This document shows positions 39,211 to 48,457 of a stretch of 64,000 nucleotides of DNA, in pieces. The position numbers and the translations under genes were made by a program. The notes below the pieces were generated by a model, which worked only from the letters and a program-made list of their open reading frames with translations, did not search any database and had not been told where the DNA came from. Position 1 is the first letter of the stretch. Every line of letters begins with the position of its first letter. This DNA comes from a virus: positions 8,723 through 72,722 of IMG/VR virus record IMGVR_UViG_3300037468_000371. One strand, 5' to 3'.

Positions 39211-41030
39211 GCAATCCATCGGCAAAGGGGCCGGTCGATTCCAAGCGGGCCATGCAGGAGCGCGCCGACGAAGCCGTTCGCCTTCTCGATGCCCTGTGGC
39301 CCGGCGAAACGCTGGCCGAGTCGGGGGTCAAGCTCGCCATGTGGCGCCCGAGGAAGCGCACCGAGTTCTTCGACGCGAAGCCGGCGCTGGCGGCCCGCTC
39401 GGTCGAGATCGCGGCCGGGGGCGAGGACGTGTACTTCTCCACGTGCGCGTTGCGCGGCGACTATGCGCCGCCCGATGGGCGTCATGGCGCACGGGGCACC
39501 GCGGCCGATGTGCGATACGCCCCGGCGCTGTTCGTCGATCTCGACGTGAAGATCGGAGCGTTCACCTCGGTCGATGCCGCGCTGCGGTTCCTGGAAGGGC
39601 TGCCGATTAGGCCGACCGCTGCCATCAAGTCGGGCACAGGGGTTCACGCTTGGTGGATCTTCAAGGAGCCGTTCGATCTCGGCTCCAGCGAAGGGCTCGC
39701 CGGCTTCGATTCGCTGTCGCGCGGCTGGCTGGAGTTCATGCGGCGCGCCGCCGGCTCTCACGTGACGATCGACTCGACGGTCGATGCCGCCCGGGTGCTG
39801 CGGTTGCCCGGGACGGTGCGCGTCAAGGGCGGCCCGCCGATACTGGTTGAGATGGCCTACCTGAACGACCGGCGCGCTAACCCGACCGACTTCCTCGAAT
39901 ACGCCGTGCCGGTCCAGGCGCGCACGGCCGAGATCGTCACGGCCGAGTCGGGCCTGTACCTCGACCCGGATGCGCAGCCGCCCCTGGAGAAGTTCGTGGC
40001 CCTTTCGGCCAACGAGGAGCGGTTCGCGGCGTCGTTCGCGCGGCGCGACCGGAAGGACATCAAGGATAACTCCCCATCGGGCCATGACATGAGCCTGGCT
40101 TCACTGGCGGTGAGGGCCGGTTGGGCGGACCAGGAGATGATCGACCTGATCGCCGCCGCGCGCCGCCAGCACAAGGACGACCAGAAGCCGCTGGACTGGT
40201 ACATCCGCACGGTGCGGAAGGCGCGGGCCGAGTACGTCAGTTCGCAGTCGGAGGAAGCCGAGCAGGAGCGTCGCGAGGACTTCGTCGCCCGCATCGCAGA
40301 GGCCGAAGCGGCGCCGCCCGGAAGCGAAACCCGCAAGACGGCCGCGGTCGAAGCGGCGCGGCGGTTCACCGGAGTCGAGATCGCATCGCTCGTCCGCTAC
40401 ATCCCAGAGCCCTACCGCTACGCTATCCAAGTGACCCACGGAGCTAGATACCTGATCGGCACGGCTTCAGACCTGCGGTCGTGGGATCGTTGGGTCGACA
40501 CCGCCATCGACCTGAAGTTCCGCATCAACCCGCACCGCCCGAAGGCGGCGGAGTGGTTGCGGTGTGTGCAGTTGCTCAGCGAATTCGCCGAGGACAAGGA
40601 GCAGGTCGAGTTCTCGATGCAGGCGCGCTGCGAGGCGTTGATCTGCTCGTACCTGTCGACGTTCGGCTCCTCGGTGGTGTGCTCCGATGCCGTCGAGCGA
40701 AACGAGCGCGCATTCCGCCGCGCCCCGTTCGCCCACGACGGGTACCTGTACCTGTCGATTCCGGACCTTCTGGCGGATGTCGAACGGCGGGGCGGCGGAG
40801 CGCAGCGGCTGATCACACACGAGGACTTGTACCGGCTCGGATTCACGACCATCACCGTGGCCGCCGCCCGGCCGACCGGGCCGGGCTCCGCGAAATCAAA
40901 GCAAACGACCCGTAAGTACCAGCGCGCACCGTTGAATAGGCTTCCTTTGGTCAGGCAAACCGTTGGCATCGACGATCCGGATCCGGAGCTGATCGCGCAG
41001 CTCGACCTCCACGGAGTGGAGCTGAAGTGA
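39207..41030 (+). CDS. DNA primase (RepB'/AEP-like) with helical C-terminal region
   Basis: VDLD, SGTGVHAWW, D.ARVLRLPGT, S..D..LA...Y..RT. Confidence 0.8.
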   Translation: MSNPSAKGPVDSKRAMQERADEAVRLLDALWPGETLAESGVKLAMWRPRKRTEFFDAKPALAARSVEIAAGGEDVYFSTCALRGDYAPPDGRHGARGTAADVRYAPALFVDLDVKIGAFTSVDAALRFLEGLPIRPTAAIKSGTGVHAWWIFKEPFDLGSSEGLAGFDSLSRGWLEFMRRAAGSHVTIDSTVDAARVLRLPGTVRVKGGPPILVEMAYLNDRRANPTDFLEYAVPVQARTAEIVTAESGLYLDPDAQPPLEKFVALSANEERFAASFARRDRKDIKDNSPSGHDMSLASLAVRAGWADQEMIDLIAAARRQHKDDQKPLDWYIRTVRKARAEYVSSQSEEAEQERREDFVARIAEAEAAPPGSETRKTAAVEAARRFTGVEIASLVRYIPEPYRYAIQVTHGARYLIGTASDLRSWDRWVDTAIDLKFRINPHRPKAAEWLRCVQLLSEFAEDKEQVEFSMQARCEALICSYLSTFGSSVVCSDAVERNERAFRRAPFAHDGYLYLSIPDLLADVERRGGGAQRLITHEDLYRLGFTTITVAAARPTGPGSAKSKQTTRKYQRAPLNRLPLVRQTVGIDDPDPELIAQLDLHGVELK

Positions 41031-41500
41031 TTAGCGGACTTATAAGGAACGATCGTACGCGGAGCTCAGGGGCGCCGAGGGTTCTAGTACTGCGTTCCGC
41101 AGCGGACCGCTGAGAATAATGCAATGGCCTATCTAGATCCAATGTCCACTCGAATTTCGCCGCGCTTAGGGGATCGATCGAGGCCGGGCCGGTCGTCGAA
41201 AAAGGCCGATCCGGCCCTTTTGCACGCCCGCGTGGAGGCGCGAGAGGCTCCGCAAAAACAGAGAAGTGAAAACTCGGTAAATCGAGTACTTTTGGGGAAA
41301 TCGATGAGCAACGGAGGACTTCGCCGTGATCGATGCCGGGTAAAGGCCCCAGAAAGCGCGGGAAATTTTGGAGGGTTTTCTGGCAGGATTTCGAGGGGCT
41401 GCGGCAGGCTTAGGGGCCGCGCGCTTCCGTTGGGGCGATTTTGTGCCAAAAACTGGTGTCCTTGCAAGGAGCATCTTCCAAGGACCGTAAATTCGAGGTT
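41031..41500. other. AT-richer intergenic region, candidate replication origin
   Basis: About 470 bp with many A/T runs, unlike the surrounding DNA; directly after the primase. Confidence 0.4.
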
Positions 41501-41509
41501 CAAATCCGA

Positions 41510-42091
41510 ATGTCAATGCACTCGCTAAACCTATGGCTTGGCTCGGAGATAGACCTCATTGCGCCGGACGTAAATCAGATTTACGCGGACGATATTGCGG
41601 TCGCCCTCAGCCGGATCTGCCGATTCGGTGGCCACACGGTGGACTTCTACTCGGTCGCGCAGCACTCCGTTTTTGTCTCCCGCTACTGCGGCGAACACGG
41701 TGGCCCGGCCGCTGCCCGTTGGGGTCTGCTGCACGACGCTTCGGAAGCCTACCTCGGCGACATCGTCTGGCCGCTCAAGCACGTCCCCGAGATGCGGGCG
41801 GCCTACGCCCCGATCGAAGAGCGCATGATGGAGGCGATCGCTCGCAGGTTCGCGCTCGGGCCGAAGCCCGCCGCGATCGTCCACGACGGGGATCGGGCTG
41901 TGCTGCTGGCCGAGGCGCGTGATCTCCACCGAAGCGGCCGGCTCCTTGGTCGCGTAGCAGCATCGAGGGTCGAAGCCGAGATCGACCAGATCAAGCCCTG
42001 GCCCGCGGAACCGATCTTGGCGCTGGAACCGCACCGAGCCGCGCGGCTATTCCGCACGGAATTCGAGAAGCTCTGGAAGGGAGCATCATGA
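41510..42091 (+). CDS. HD-domain phosphohydrolase (YfbR-like 5'-deoxynucleotidase)
   Basis: DIA.ALSRICRFGGH, YSVAQHS, LLHDASEAYLGD..PLK, D...L..E.RDL. Confidence 0.85.
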   Translation: MSMHSLNLWLGSEIDLIAPDVNQIYADDIAVALSRICRFGGHTVDFYSVAQHSVFVSRYCGEHGGPAAARWGLLHDASEAYLGDIVWPLKHVPEMRAAYAPIEERMMEAIARRFALGPKPAAIVHDGDRAVLLAEARDLHRSGRLLGRVAASRVEAEIDQIKPWPAEPILALEPHRAARLFRTEFEKLWKGAS

Positions 42092-43152
42092 GACACGCCG
42101 AAGCGCAAGAGACGGCAGCGCGGATGATCGACAACATGCGCATGGGCGACCGGCCCGAACGGCTTCACTGGGAACTGTTCCCGCAGTTCGCCGAGGCCGA
42201 ATGCTGGGCCGGAGGGCCCGATCCGCAGATCGCGCTGATTGGCTCAATTGGCGCCGGATTGCCGCCCAATGAGATGGTTTGGTTGATCGGCTGCTACTGC
42301 GCTCAGCACTGCGTCCCGTCCGCGCTGGCGGTGTGGCGCCGCTGGCCGCGGCCCGAATCGATCCTCAAGGCGCATTTCATCGAAGTCGCCGGATGGCTCG
42401 AAGCCAATTGGCCGGCGCTTCCGGTCCGTCCCGAGATGCGTCACCATCGGATGCCCGAGAAGCGGGCCAAGGCCCTGCTCGGCTTCGCCGCCTACGCTCA
42501 GTCCTGGCCCCGGACACCGCGCTACGCCGACGCAGCCGATCCGTACGAGGCCGCATGGACCGATACGATCCGGTCGATCCCCTACTACGGCCGCTACATG
42601 GCGATCAAGTTCCTGGAATTCCTGAGCCGTTCGGTCGCTCCGGAGCTGCGGCTTTCCGATCTGCGGCCCGAGGGCGGATGGTCGCCGCGGCGGGTGCTGT
42701 CGTGGATGTTCCCGCGGCAGGCCGAGATCCTCAACTCGACGGACACGAAGCCCCGTGCCCGAGCGGCCGTGCATGGCGTGGCCAGCGAGATGCTGAAACA
42801 CATCAGGGCAACCCGCGTGCCGAACCTGTCGTGGTTCGATCTGCAGGTGCTGCTCTGCGAGTACCGCGAGCACTGGGATGGCGGGTTCTACGCCGGCTGC
42901 ACTCACGACGAGGAGGTCCTGTACGCCGAGCGGGCGTTGCCGGCGATGGGCGATGGTGTCGCATCAATCTTCTACGATCATCGGTCACGCCTCTTCCCCG
43001 ACCGTGTGCTGGGCGAACGGCGAGGCTGGCACGGAATCAGGAAGCCGTGCGCGCTGACGCTGAAGAAGCAGGGCTTCATCTGGTCGGATCGCACGCACGA
43101 CTACCCGTCGATGGAACTGATCTGGAAGAACGAGCAGGGGGAGAGGGCCTGA
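42088..43152 (+). CDS. Amino acid:DNA transferase-like (aGPT-Pplase2) DNA-modifying enzyme
   Basis: GGPDP, Y.GRY...KFLE.L, LLCEY....G.FY.G, R..LFP...LGE..GW.GIRK; glycosylase-like helical fold typical of thymidine hypermodification loci. Confidence 0.65.
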   Translation: MRHAEAQETAARMIDNMRMGDRPERLHWELFPQFAEAECWAGGPDPQIALIGSIGAGLPPNEMVWLIGCYCAQHCVPSALAVWRRWPRPESILKAHFIEVAGWLEANWPALPVRPEMRHHRMPEKRAKALLGFAAYAQSWPRTPRYADAADPYEAAWTDTIRSIPYYGRYMAIKFLEFLSRSVAPELRLSDLRPEGGWSPRRVLSWMFPRQAEILNSTDTKPRARAAVHGVASEMLKHIRATRVPNLSWFDLQVLLCEYREHWDGGFYAGCTHDEEVLYAERALPAMGDGVASIFYDHRSRLFPDRVLGERRGWHGIRKPCALTLKKQGFIWSDRTHDYPSMELIWKNEQGERA

Positions 43153-44006
43153 TGGCGAAGAAGGCAGCAGAATCCACGGTGATCATCGTTCCGTCGCGGC
43201 GCCGGCCGCCGCTCGTCGTATTCGAGCATCACGAGATGCCCGCCGGGATCCCGGTCGTGGTCCTTGCGGACCCGGACGTCTACGAGGAACACCGCGTGGC
43301 TTACGGGGATCGCTACTCAGTCATCCGGGGGGATCATGGCTGCGCGGCACAGATGCACCGATCCTACCTGGTCGGGTACGCCATGAAGATGGACTGGGTG
43401 TTCCGGGTCGACGACGACATGCACGACCGTTCGTTGGTCGGCCTGCCGGGGTTTGAAAACCTGGTGGACCGCGGAAGTGTTGGAAAGTACCGCACGGTAG
43501 CGGATGCCTTCACCCGCGCGTGTGAGGCAGCCGATGGGTTGCCGGGGGTATCGCTGGTCGGGTTCTCGAACACCACCCGTGTGGACTGGCTCTCGCCCGG
43601 GTTCGGCCGGACGTGGGGCCTGATCACCGGGAATATCCAGCTGTACCGCTCGACGACGGAGCCGGGCCGGTTCATCAATCCGGAGCAGGCGATGTACGAG
43701 GATGTGTGGCGCACCTGTTCACACCGTGAGGACGGGGGCGGGTGGACGGGCCGGGTGAAGTCGATCGGCGTGGACAAGAAGACGGTCTGTAACCCGAAGA
43801 CGACGGCCTACGCGGCCGGGGATCTGGCGCAGCGCGAAGAGGCGATCCGGGCGATCACCACGCGGTTCCCAACCATCGTGTCCTGCGACGGAACGCGGAC
43901 GATCAACGGCGGCAGCCTCACGATCGCCTACTGGAAGTTCCGGCCCCCGCCCGGGGCGCGCAGGGGGAAGGGGCAGGGCGCGCAGGAAGCTCCGCCAGCT
44001 TCCTGA
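43152..44006 (+). CDS. GREB1/TET-associated-like glycosyltransferase (GT-A)
   Basis: IIVPSRRR, FRVDDD, YED; adjacent to the DNA transferase gene. Confidence 0.65.
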   Translation: MAKKAAESTVIIVPSRRRPPLVVFEHHEMPAGIPVVVLADPDVYEEHRVAYGDRYSVIRGDHGCAAQMHRSYLVGYAMKMDWVFRVDDDMHDRSLVGLPGFENLVDRGSVGKYRTVADAFTRACEAADGLPGVSLVGFSNTTRVDWLSPGFGRTWGLITGNIQLYRSTTEPGRFINPEQAMYEDVWRTCSHREDGGGWTGRVKSIGVDKKTVCNPKTTAYAAGDLAQREEAIRAITTRFPTIVSCDGTRTINGGSLTIAYWKFRPPPGARRGKGQGAQEAPPAS

Positions 44007-44081
44007 GCGCTCCGCTGCCTTCCTGAAACACAGAACCCTCAGCCCGGGGCCGCGCCGGGAGAGATCATTCCTCCTGCGTCC

Positions 44082-44270
44082 TTAAGTGCGTTTGGTCAGG
44101 GGGGCGACATACAGCCGCGCCGACCGACCGCGGGCGGCTTCGATCAGCCGGCGGCGCATGCGGTATACGGTCAGCTCGGGTACGCCGAGGGCGACAGCCC
44201 GATGGAGCAGCTGCCGCCCGCGGCGAATCTGGATCAGCTGCGCGAGCCGCCTTTGGCGTTCCGCGTCCAT
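44082..44270 (-). CDS. Small HTH-like protein
   Basis: A.ALGVPELTVYR helix-turn-helix-like pattern; RBS GGAGGAG. Confidence 0.5.
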   Translation of the reverse strand: MDAERQRRLAQLIQIRRGRQLLHRAVALGVPELTVYRMRRRLIEAARGRSARLYVAPLTKRT

Positions 44271-44437
44271 CGTGATAGCTCCTCCCTGGCCCCCTCGACC
44301 TGAGAGCGCAACGCGGCGACCTCGCGCCGCAGCCGCAGGCACTCGGCCGCCAGCCCGCCGCGCATCGTCCCGGGGCCGCCGTAGGCCCGCACGGCGGCCT
44401 CCAGCATCTGGTCAGACAGCTCGTTGATCTTCGTCAC
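44234..44437 (-). CDS. Hypothetical protein
   Basis: GTGA-coupled ORF in the minus-strand array. Confidence 0.5.
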   Translation of the reverse strand: MTKINELSDQMLEAAVRAYGGPGTMRGGLAAECLRLRREVAALRSQVEGAREELSRWTRNAKGGSRS

Positions 44438-44682
44438 TTGACTCCCCCAACGGTCACGGCCCCTGACTGAGCGACCGTGCCGCGCAGTACGATGTCGCCC
44501 GAGCCGTTCTTGGCCGGGCCGTAGTACTCGCCCGCCGGAATCGGTCGCCCCCGCTCGTGGACGTAGCGTTCGACGTTCCACGCGAGGCTGGTGTCCTGAA
44601 ACACGCGGAAGATCGAGCCCGTGTGCCGGCTCAGCGCCCGGGCGCGGCAGAGCGCCGCGCTATACCCGCCGAGGATTCTCAC
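44434..44682 (-). CDS. Hypothetical protein
   Basis: Coupled ORF, RBS AAGGAG. Confidence 0.5.
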   Translation of the reverse strand: MRILGGYSAALCRARALSRHTGSIFRVFQDTSLAWNVERYVHERGRPIPAGEYYGPAKNGSGDIVLRGTVAQSGAVTVGGVK

Positions 44683-45101
44683 TTGCCTGCTCCTTTCTCG
44701 CGGCTTCCGTAGAAGCCGTACAAAGCCCGCAGCGGCTCGACCCAGCAGTAGGGCGCCGCGGCCATGCAGGCCGGGCTGCTGGTCGCGTAGTCGTACGTCA
44801 AGAAATAGCCGCTCCCGCCGAACTCGCCATCGTCGTTCATCACGGTTCCGTGCTCAAGGACTCCGGCGGCGCCGAGGCGATGAACTTCGCGCTTTACCAT
44901 CTTGCAATCAACGCAGCCGTTGATCGCCCAGGAGTTCAGGTCCGCCGCGAGCCGCTCGAAGCCGTGCCAATTGTTGGTTTCTTCGCCGACCCACTCGTCC
45001 CGCAGCACGCCGACGATCGCATCGCGCAGCACGCCGCTCTTCGTCAGTCGCCCGCGGGTGGTCACCTGCTTGATCGCCCGGATCTTGATCTGCTTCGCCA
45101 T
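44679..45101 (-). CDS. Hypothetical protein (winged-helix-like)
   Basis: RBS GGAGGAGG, TGATG coupling. Confidence 0.55.
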   Translation of the reverse strand: MAKQIKIRAIKQVTTRGRLTKSGVLRDAIVGVLRDEWVGEETNNWHGFERLAADLNSWAINGCVDCKMVKREVHRLGAAGVLEHGTVMNDDGEFGGSGYFLTYDYATSSPACMAAAPYCWVEPLRALYGFYGSREKGAGK

Positions 45102-45478
45102 CAGTCGCCCTCCTCCTTGAACAGCTCCTTCGCGTCGTCGATCGTTCGGCGCAGGTTCCGTTCCAGCTCGACCTTGCGTACCGGGCGCGGCCGGTCGAGG
45201 AATAGGTCGTAGGCCCCGAGGATCTTGAGCATCGCATCCTCCAGCTTCACGATGCGCTGCACGAGTAGCTCGCGCGATTCGCCGCCCGCCTTCAGGGCCG
45301 CATCGATCATGATGAAGTGAGCTCCGCCGCAGGCCGGGCAGCGGTGCGCGCCGTCGCTTGATGAGCGGACTTCGATGGCGAACACGCGCCCGCAGTCTGC
45401 CTCGGCGCAGATCGCAGCACTCTCGATCGGGAAGTGGAAGTCGCCGCGCGCAGCGGCAAGTTCTGTGTCGTGAGTCAC
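45101..45478 (-). CDS. Zn-ribbon protein
   Basis: C-x4-C ... CPAC. Confidence 0.55.
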   Translation of the reverse strand: MTHDTELAAARGDFHFPIESAAICAEADCGRVFAIEVRSSSDGAHRCPACGGAHFIMIDAALKAGGESRELLVQRIVKLEDAMLKILGAYDLFLDRPRPVRKVELERNLRRTIDDAKELFKEEGD

Positions 45479-45648
45479 CTATCGCCCCTTTCATCGAATT
45501 CGTGAGTCATGATGTAGCCATAGGTCACGATAATACCGATCGAAATTCCACCGCCGAAGGCGACGCCGAACTCCGCGCCGAACAGGGCTCCGATGCCGAG
45601 CACGGCAACGGCCAGCATGACTGCGATGATCCAGCCGCCGAGCGTCAT
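45475..45648 (-). CDS. Small two-TM membrane peptide (57 aa)
   Basis: MTLGGWIIAVML...; ATGA coupling. Confidence 0.55.
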   Translation of the reverse strand: MTLGGWIIAVMLAVAVLGIGALFGAEFGVAFGGGISIGIIVTYGYIMTHEFDERGDR

Positions 45649-45755
45649 GTCCTCTCCTCTCTCGACTCGTGGATGATGAGCAGCGCGACGCCGACGCCGA
45701 TTCCGAGCCAGATGCCGAGCACAGCAGCGGTGATGATCCAGCCGGTCAGGGTCAC
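45645..45755 (-). CDS. Small single-TM peptide (36 aa)
   Basis: MTLTGWIITAAVLGIWLGIGVGVALLIIHESREERT; coupled at both ends. Confidence 0.5.
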   Translation of the reverse strand: MTLTGWIITAAVLGIWLGIGVGVALLIIHESREERT

Positions 45756-45973
45756 CAGAACCTCCTCTCCGGCACAAGGAACTCATGCCGGTGCTTGACG
45801 GGGAAGAACCGCGCGAGCCCGAGCCGGGTCAGCGCGCGGCGATACCAGCGCGAGCGCACCTCGGCCTCGTACCGCTCGCGCTCGGCTTCGACCATCGTTC
45901 GGTACTCGCAGTACGCCTCCTCGAAGCCGTCGCGGAACAGGCGGCGAAAGTCGTTGACGTCCATCTCGTTCAC
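45752..45973 (-). CDS. Hypothetical protein
   Basis: RBS AGGAGG, GTGA coupling. Confidence 0.55.
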   Translation of the reverse strand: MNEMDVNDFRRLFRDGFEEAYCEYRTMVEAERERYEAEVRSRWYRRALTRLGLARFFPVKHRHEFLVPERRFW

Positions 45974-46233
45974 GCGCCCTCCTTTCCTCGCGCGGCGCGC
46001 ATCACCGCTGCGGTCATCGCGGCGTGTGCCACCGAACTCACGCTGTACAGCATCGCTATCTCGGGCGTCTGCTCGTCGGGCTGAATGCACGCGAGTCGGT
46101 AACTGCCGAAACAGTGGATCAGGACCCAGATCGGCGAATTCGACCACCCCGGTCCAGAGGCCGCTTCGGCGTAGGCGGCCACGATCCTCTCGCCGGTCTC
46201 AAGGCGCAGCGCCTCGGCTACCTTGTTCTTCAT
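45970..46233 (-). CDS. Hypothetical protein
   Basis: RBS AAGGAG, ATGA coupling. Confidence 0.55.
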   Translation of the reverse strand: MKNKVAEALRLETGERIVAAYAEAASGPGWSNSPIWVLIHCFGSYRLACIQPDEQTPEIAMLYSVSSVAHAAMTAAVMRAARGKEGA

Positions 46234-46478
46234 GGCTTCTCCTTCCGCTCCAGCGCCCGGCGGACGGCGGGATGCTTCTCGAACTTGCACGCCTCGCAGT
46301 CGTCGCCGCACGGTTCGACATCGAGGTCAGGGTCCTTGGTGTGGTACGTCTCCTGCCACCACGAATCTGCATGGCGGATCGCCTCCTCCGCCTCCGCCAG
46401 ATCCCGCCGCGCCTCGTCCCGCTCGGCCTCCGCTTCAGCCAACCGTTGCAGCACGTCGTATGCGTCGCCGTCCATCAC
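46230..46478 (-). CDS. Hypothetical protein
   Basis: RBS GGAGG; coiled coil plus Cys cluster. Confidence 0.55.
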   Translation of the reverse strand: MMDGDAYDVLQRLAEAEAERDEARRDLAEAEEAIRHADSWWQETYHTKDPDLDVEPCGDDCEACKFEKHPAVRRALERKEKP

Positions 46479-46810
46479 GCCCTCCTCAGATTGACAGGAA
46501 TGTCCGTCTCGTCTCGCAGCGGAACGCCGACCAGTTCAGCAATGATCGCAGCGCGAGCCCGCACGGCCTTCGCGTTCATCGGCCCGTTGCCGCGCTCGCG
46601 GTCGAGCGGAAACGACGTGACGTGCTTCGACCATCCGCGAAACGTCTCGGTGGGCGGCATCGAATCGAACCGGATCTCGCTGCGGATCTTCCCGCTGCGA
46701 TGCTCGGGGCAGGTGCAGCACGGGCAGCAAATCGTGTCGTAGACAATGGCGATGGCCGTGGCGTAGTGCGGGGCCAGCGGCTTGGGGGGCTTCTTTGCTC
46801 GGCTCACCAT
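46475..46810 (-). CDS. Hypothetical Cys-containing protein
   Basis: RBS GGAGG; CCPCCTC. Confidence 0.5.
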   Translation of the reverse strand: MVSRAKKPPKPLAPHYATAIAIVYDTICCPCCTCPEHRSGKIRSEIRFDSMPPTETFRGWSKHVTSFPLDRERGNGPMNAKAVRARAAIIAELVGVPLRDETDIPVNLRRA

Positions 46811-47481
46811 CGCCCCTCCTTCTGCCCCTTGCGCCACTCCGCCAGTTCCCGCCGCGCCTCGTCGCGCTCGGCCTCCGCATTCTTGGCGCGCTTGCGATGC
46901 TTCTCGACTGCGGCGCAGGCCAGTTCGTATGCCTCCGCAGTTGGGTAGGGCTGTCTGTCGTGGGCGATGGCTAAGTCGCGGTCGCGCTCCGCCGCCTCGG
47001 CCCGCTCCATTAGCGACAGGGCGAAGGCGGCGAGCGGTTGCGTCTGCGCCCAATACTCAAGCTGCTCCTTCGTGAAGGTCGTCACTCGCTCATCTCCGCG
47101 CGGTTGATCCCAGTCCTCGTACCCCCACTCGCCTTCGTTGCTCATGCTGTCATCCTTCTCCGCTCCTCCAGCGGCGGCTTTCGCCAGCAGCTCGATCAGG
47201 ATCTCTCCGCTATCCCCATCGCCGCCGAACTTGAGACCCAAGCTGTCTCCGTCGGCGTAGTCCATGTCGGCTACCCTGCGAGCCAGCTTTTCGGCGTCGA
47301 ATGCGGCGGGCGGCTTCCACGTCCGCGCCCGGAACTCCATGATTGCATCGACCGTCAGGCACTTCCACTCGGACATCGTCATCGCGACCGAGTAGTTCGG
47401 CTTGACGGTTCCGATCGTGTTGATGAACACGGCGGTCGCCACCTCCCAGGCAAGGATCTCGTCCTCTCGTGGCTCGCTCAC
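46804..47481 (-). CDS. Hypothetical protein (mosaic, C-terminal coiled coil)
   Basis: RBS GGAGG; AIAHDRQPYPTA segment. Confidence 0.55.
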   Translation of the reverse strand: MSEPREDEILAWEVATAVFINTIGTVKPNYSVAMTMSEWKCLTVDAIMEFRARTWKPPAAFDAEKLARRVADMDYADGDSLGLKFGGDGDSGEILIELLAKAAAGGAEKDDSMSNEGEWGYEDWDQPRGDERVTTFTKEQLEYWAQTQPLAAFALSLMERAEAAERDRDLAIAHDRQPYPTAEAYELACAAVEKHRKRAKNAEAERDEARRELAEWRKGQKEGRW

Positions 47482-47547
47482 GCGCCCTCCTTCCGCGCCC
47501 TCGCCCGGCGGAGCCGATCCCCGTAGAGCTTCTTCATCGTCGCCAGT

Positions 47548-47811
47548 TCAGGCATCGACCATCCCCTTCCCCGGGATGAATGCGTTGCGGTGGAACAGCA
47601 GGTTCCGGGCACACTCGACGTGAACCACGACAGGTCGCATCGACAAGTCACGCAGCTCGATCGCGCGCCCCATGCGCAGTCGCTTCGCGCAAGCCCAGCA
47701 CGCCGCTCCGGAATGGATGCGCGGCAGTCGCTCGACGATACGGTCGATGCGCCGGATTCGCGCGGCCTCCTCGAGACCAATGTGCGTGGCGTTCAGCTCC
47801 AGGTCCGCCAT
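47548..47811 (-). CDS. Hypothetical Zn-binding protein
   Basis: CWAC...HVEC. Confidence 0.5.
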   Translation of the reverse strand: MADLELNATHIGLEEAARIRRIDRIVERLPRIHSGAACWACAKRLRMGRAIELRDLSMRPVVVHVECARNLLFHRNAFIPGKGMVDA

Positions 47812-47828
47812 CTCTCCGCCTTCGGCGC

Positions 47829-48119
47829 TCACTGTTCGTTCTCCACCCACTTCATCAGCGACTTGGGGGCGGAGATCGAGATGATGCCACCGTTGACGGT
47901 CTCGACCGTGACGACCGAGCCGTTCTTGCGGCAGTCTTGCAGCACGCGGCACTCACGCCAATCGATCGAGTTCGGCTTCATGTCGGCCGCCGGGAACGCC
48001 ACCAGCACTCGGCCCCCGGCCGTGGCTTCCATCAGGGAACGGAGCGAGACCCATCGGCCGTCTTTCGCTTCGATCGTCACGCGCTTGCGGCTGTCCTTCT
48101 TCTTGCCCTTGTCGGTCAC
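47829..48119 (-). CDS. Hypothetical protein
   Basis: Coupled ORF, RBS GAGGA. Confidence 0.5.
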   Translation of the reverse strand: MTDKGKKKDSRKRVTIEAKDGRWVSLRSLMEATAGGRVLVAFPAADMKPNSIDWRECRVLQDCRKNGSVVTVETVNGGIISISAPKSLMKWVENEQ

Positions 48120-48457
48120 TCTTCATCCTCCTCGGCTGCGTCCGGTCCCATCAGGCTCATCTGCCCATCGTTCGTGGGCGGCGGGGGCTCTTCGTCGAAC
48201 TCCGAGAACATCTCTTCGTCTACGACCGTGTTCACCGGATACCCGCGCTCCAGCAGCGCACGGACCGTGTGGACCTGACCGGCCGCGAACAGCAGGGCGC
48301 GCCGCACGGTCATTCGATCACCCGGGTTGCGCTCGGCCACGCCGATGTTGTGCTCGGCGTTCTCGAGCACGTCCAGGATCGTCACGTCAGGGTGCGGCGG
48401 CATCGGGGCCGCGACGGCGGTAACTTCCGCGGCCGCGGCGGCTTCCTCGTCACTCAT
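48116..48457 (-). CDS. Hypothetical acidic protein
   Basis: RBS AAGGAG, ATGA coupling. Confidence 0.55.
   Translation of the reverse strand: MSDEEAAAAAEVTAVAAPMPPHPDVTILDVLENAEHNIGVAERNPGDRMTVRRALLFAAGQVHTVRALLERGYPVNTVVDEEMFSEFDEEPPPPTNDGQMSLMGPDAAEEDEE

Noticed and set aside
41124-41528. ORFs on both strands in the AT-richer gap
   Set aside because: Atypical codon usage, no RBS, no recognisable motifs.
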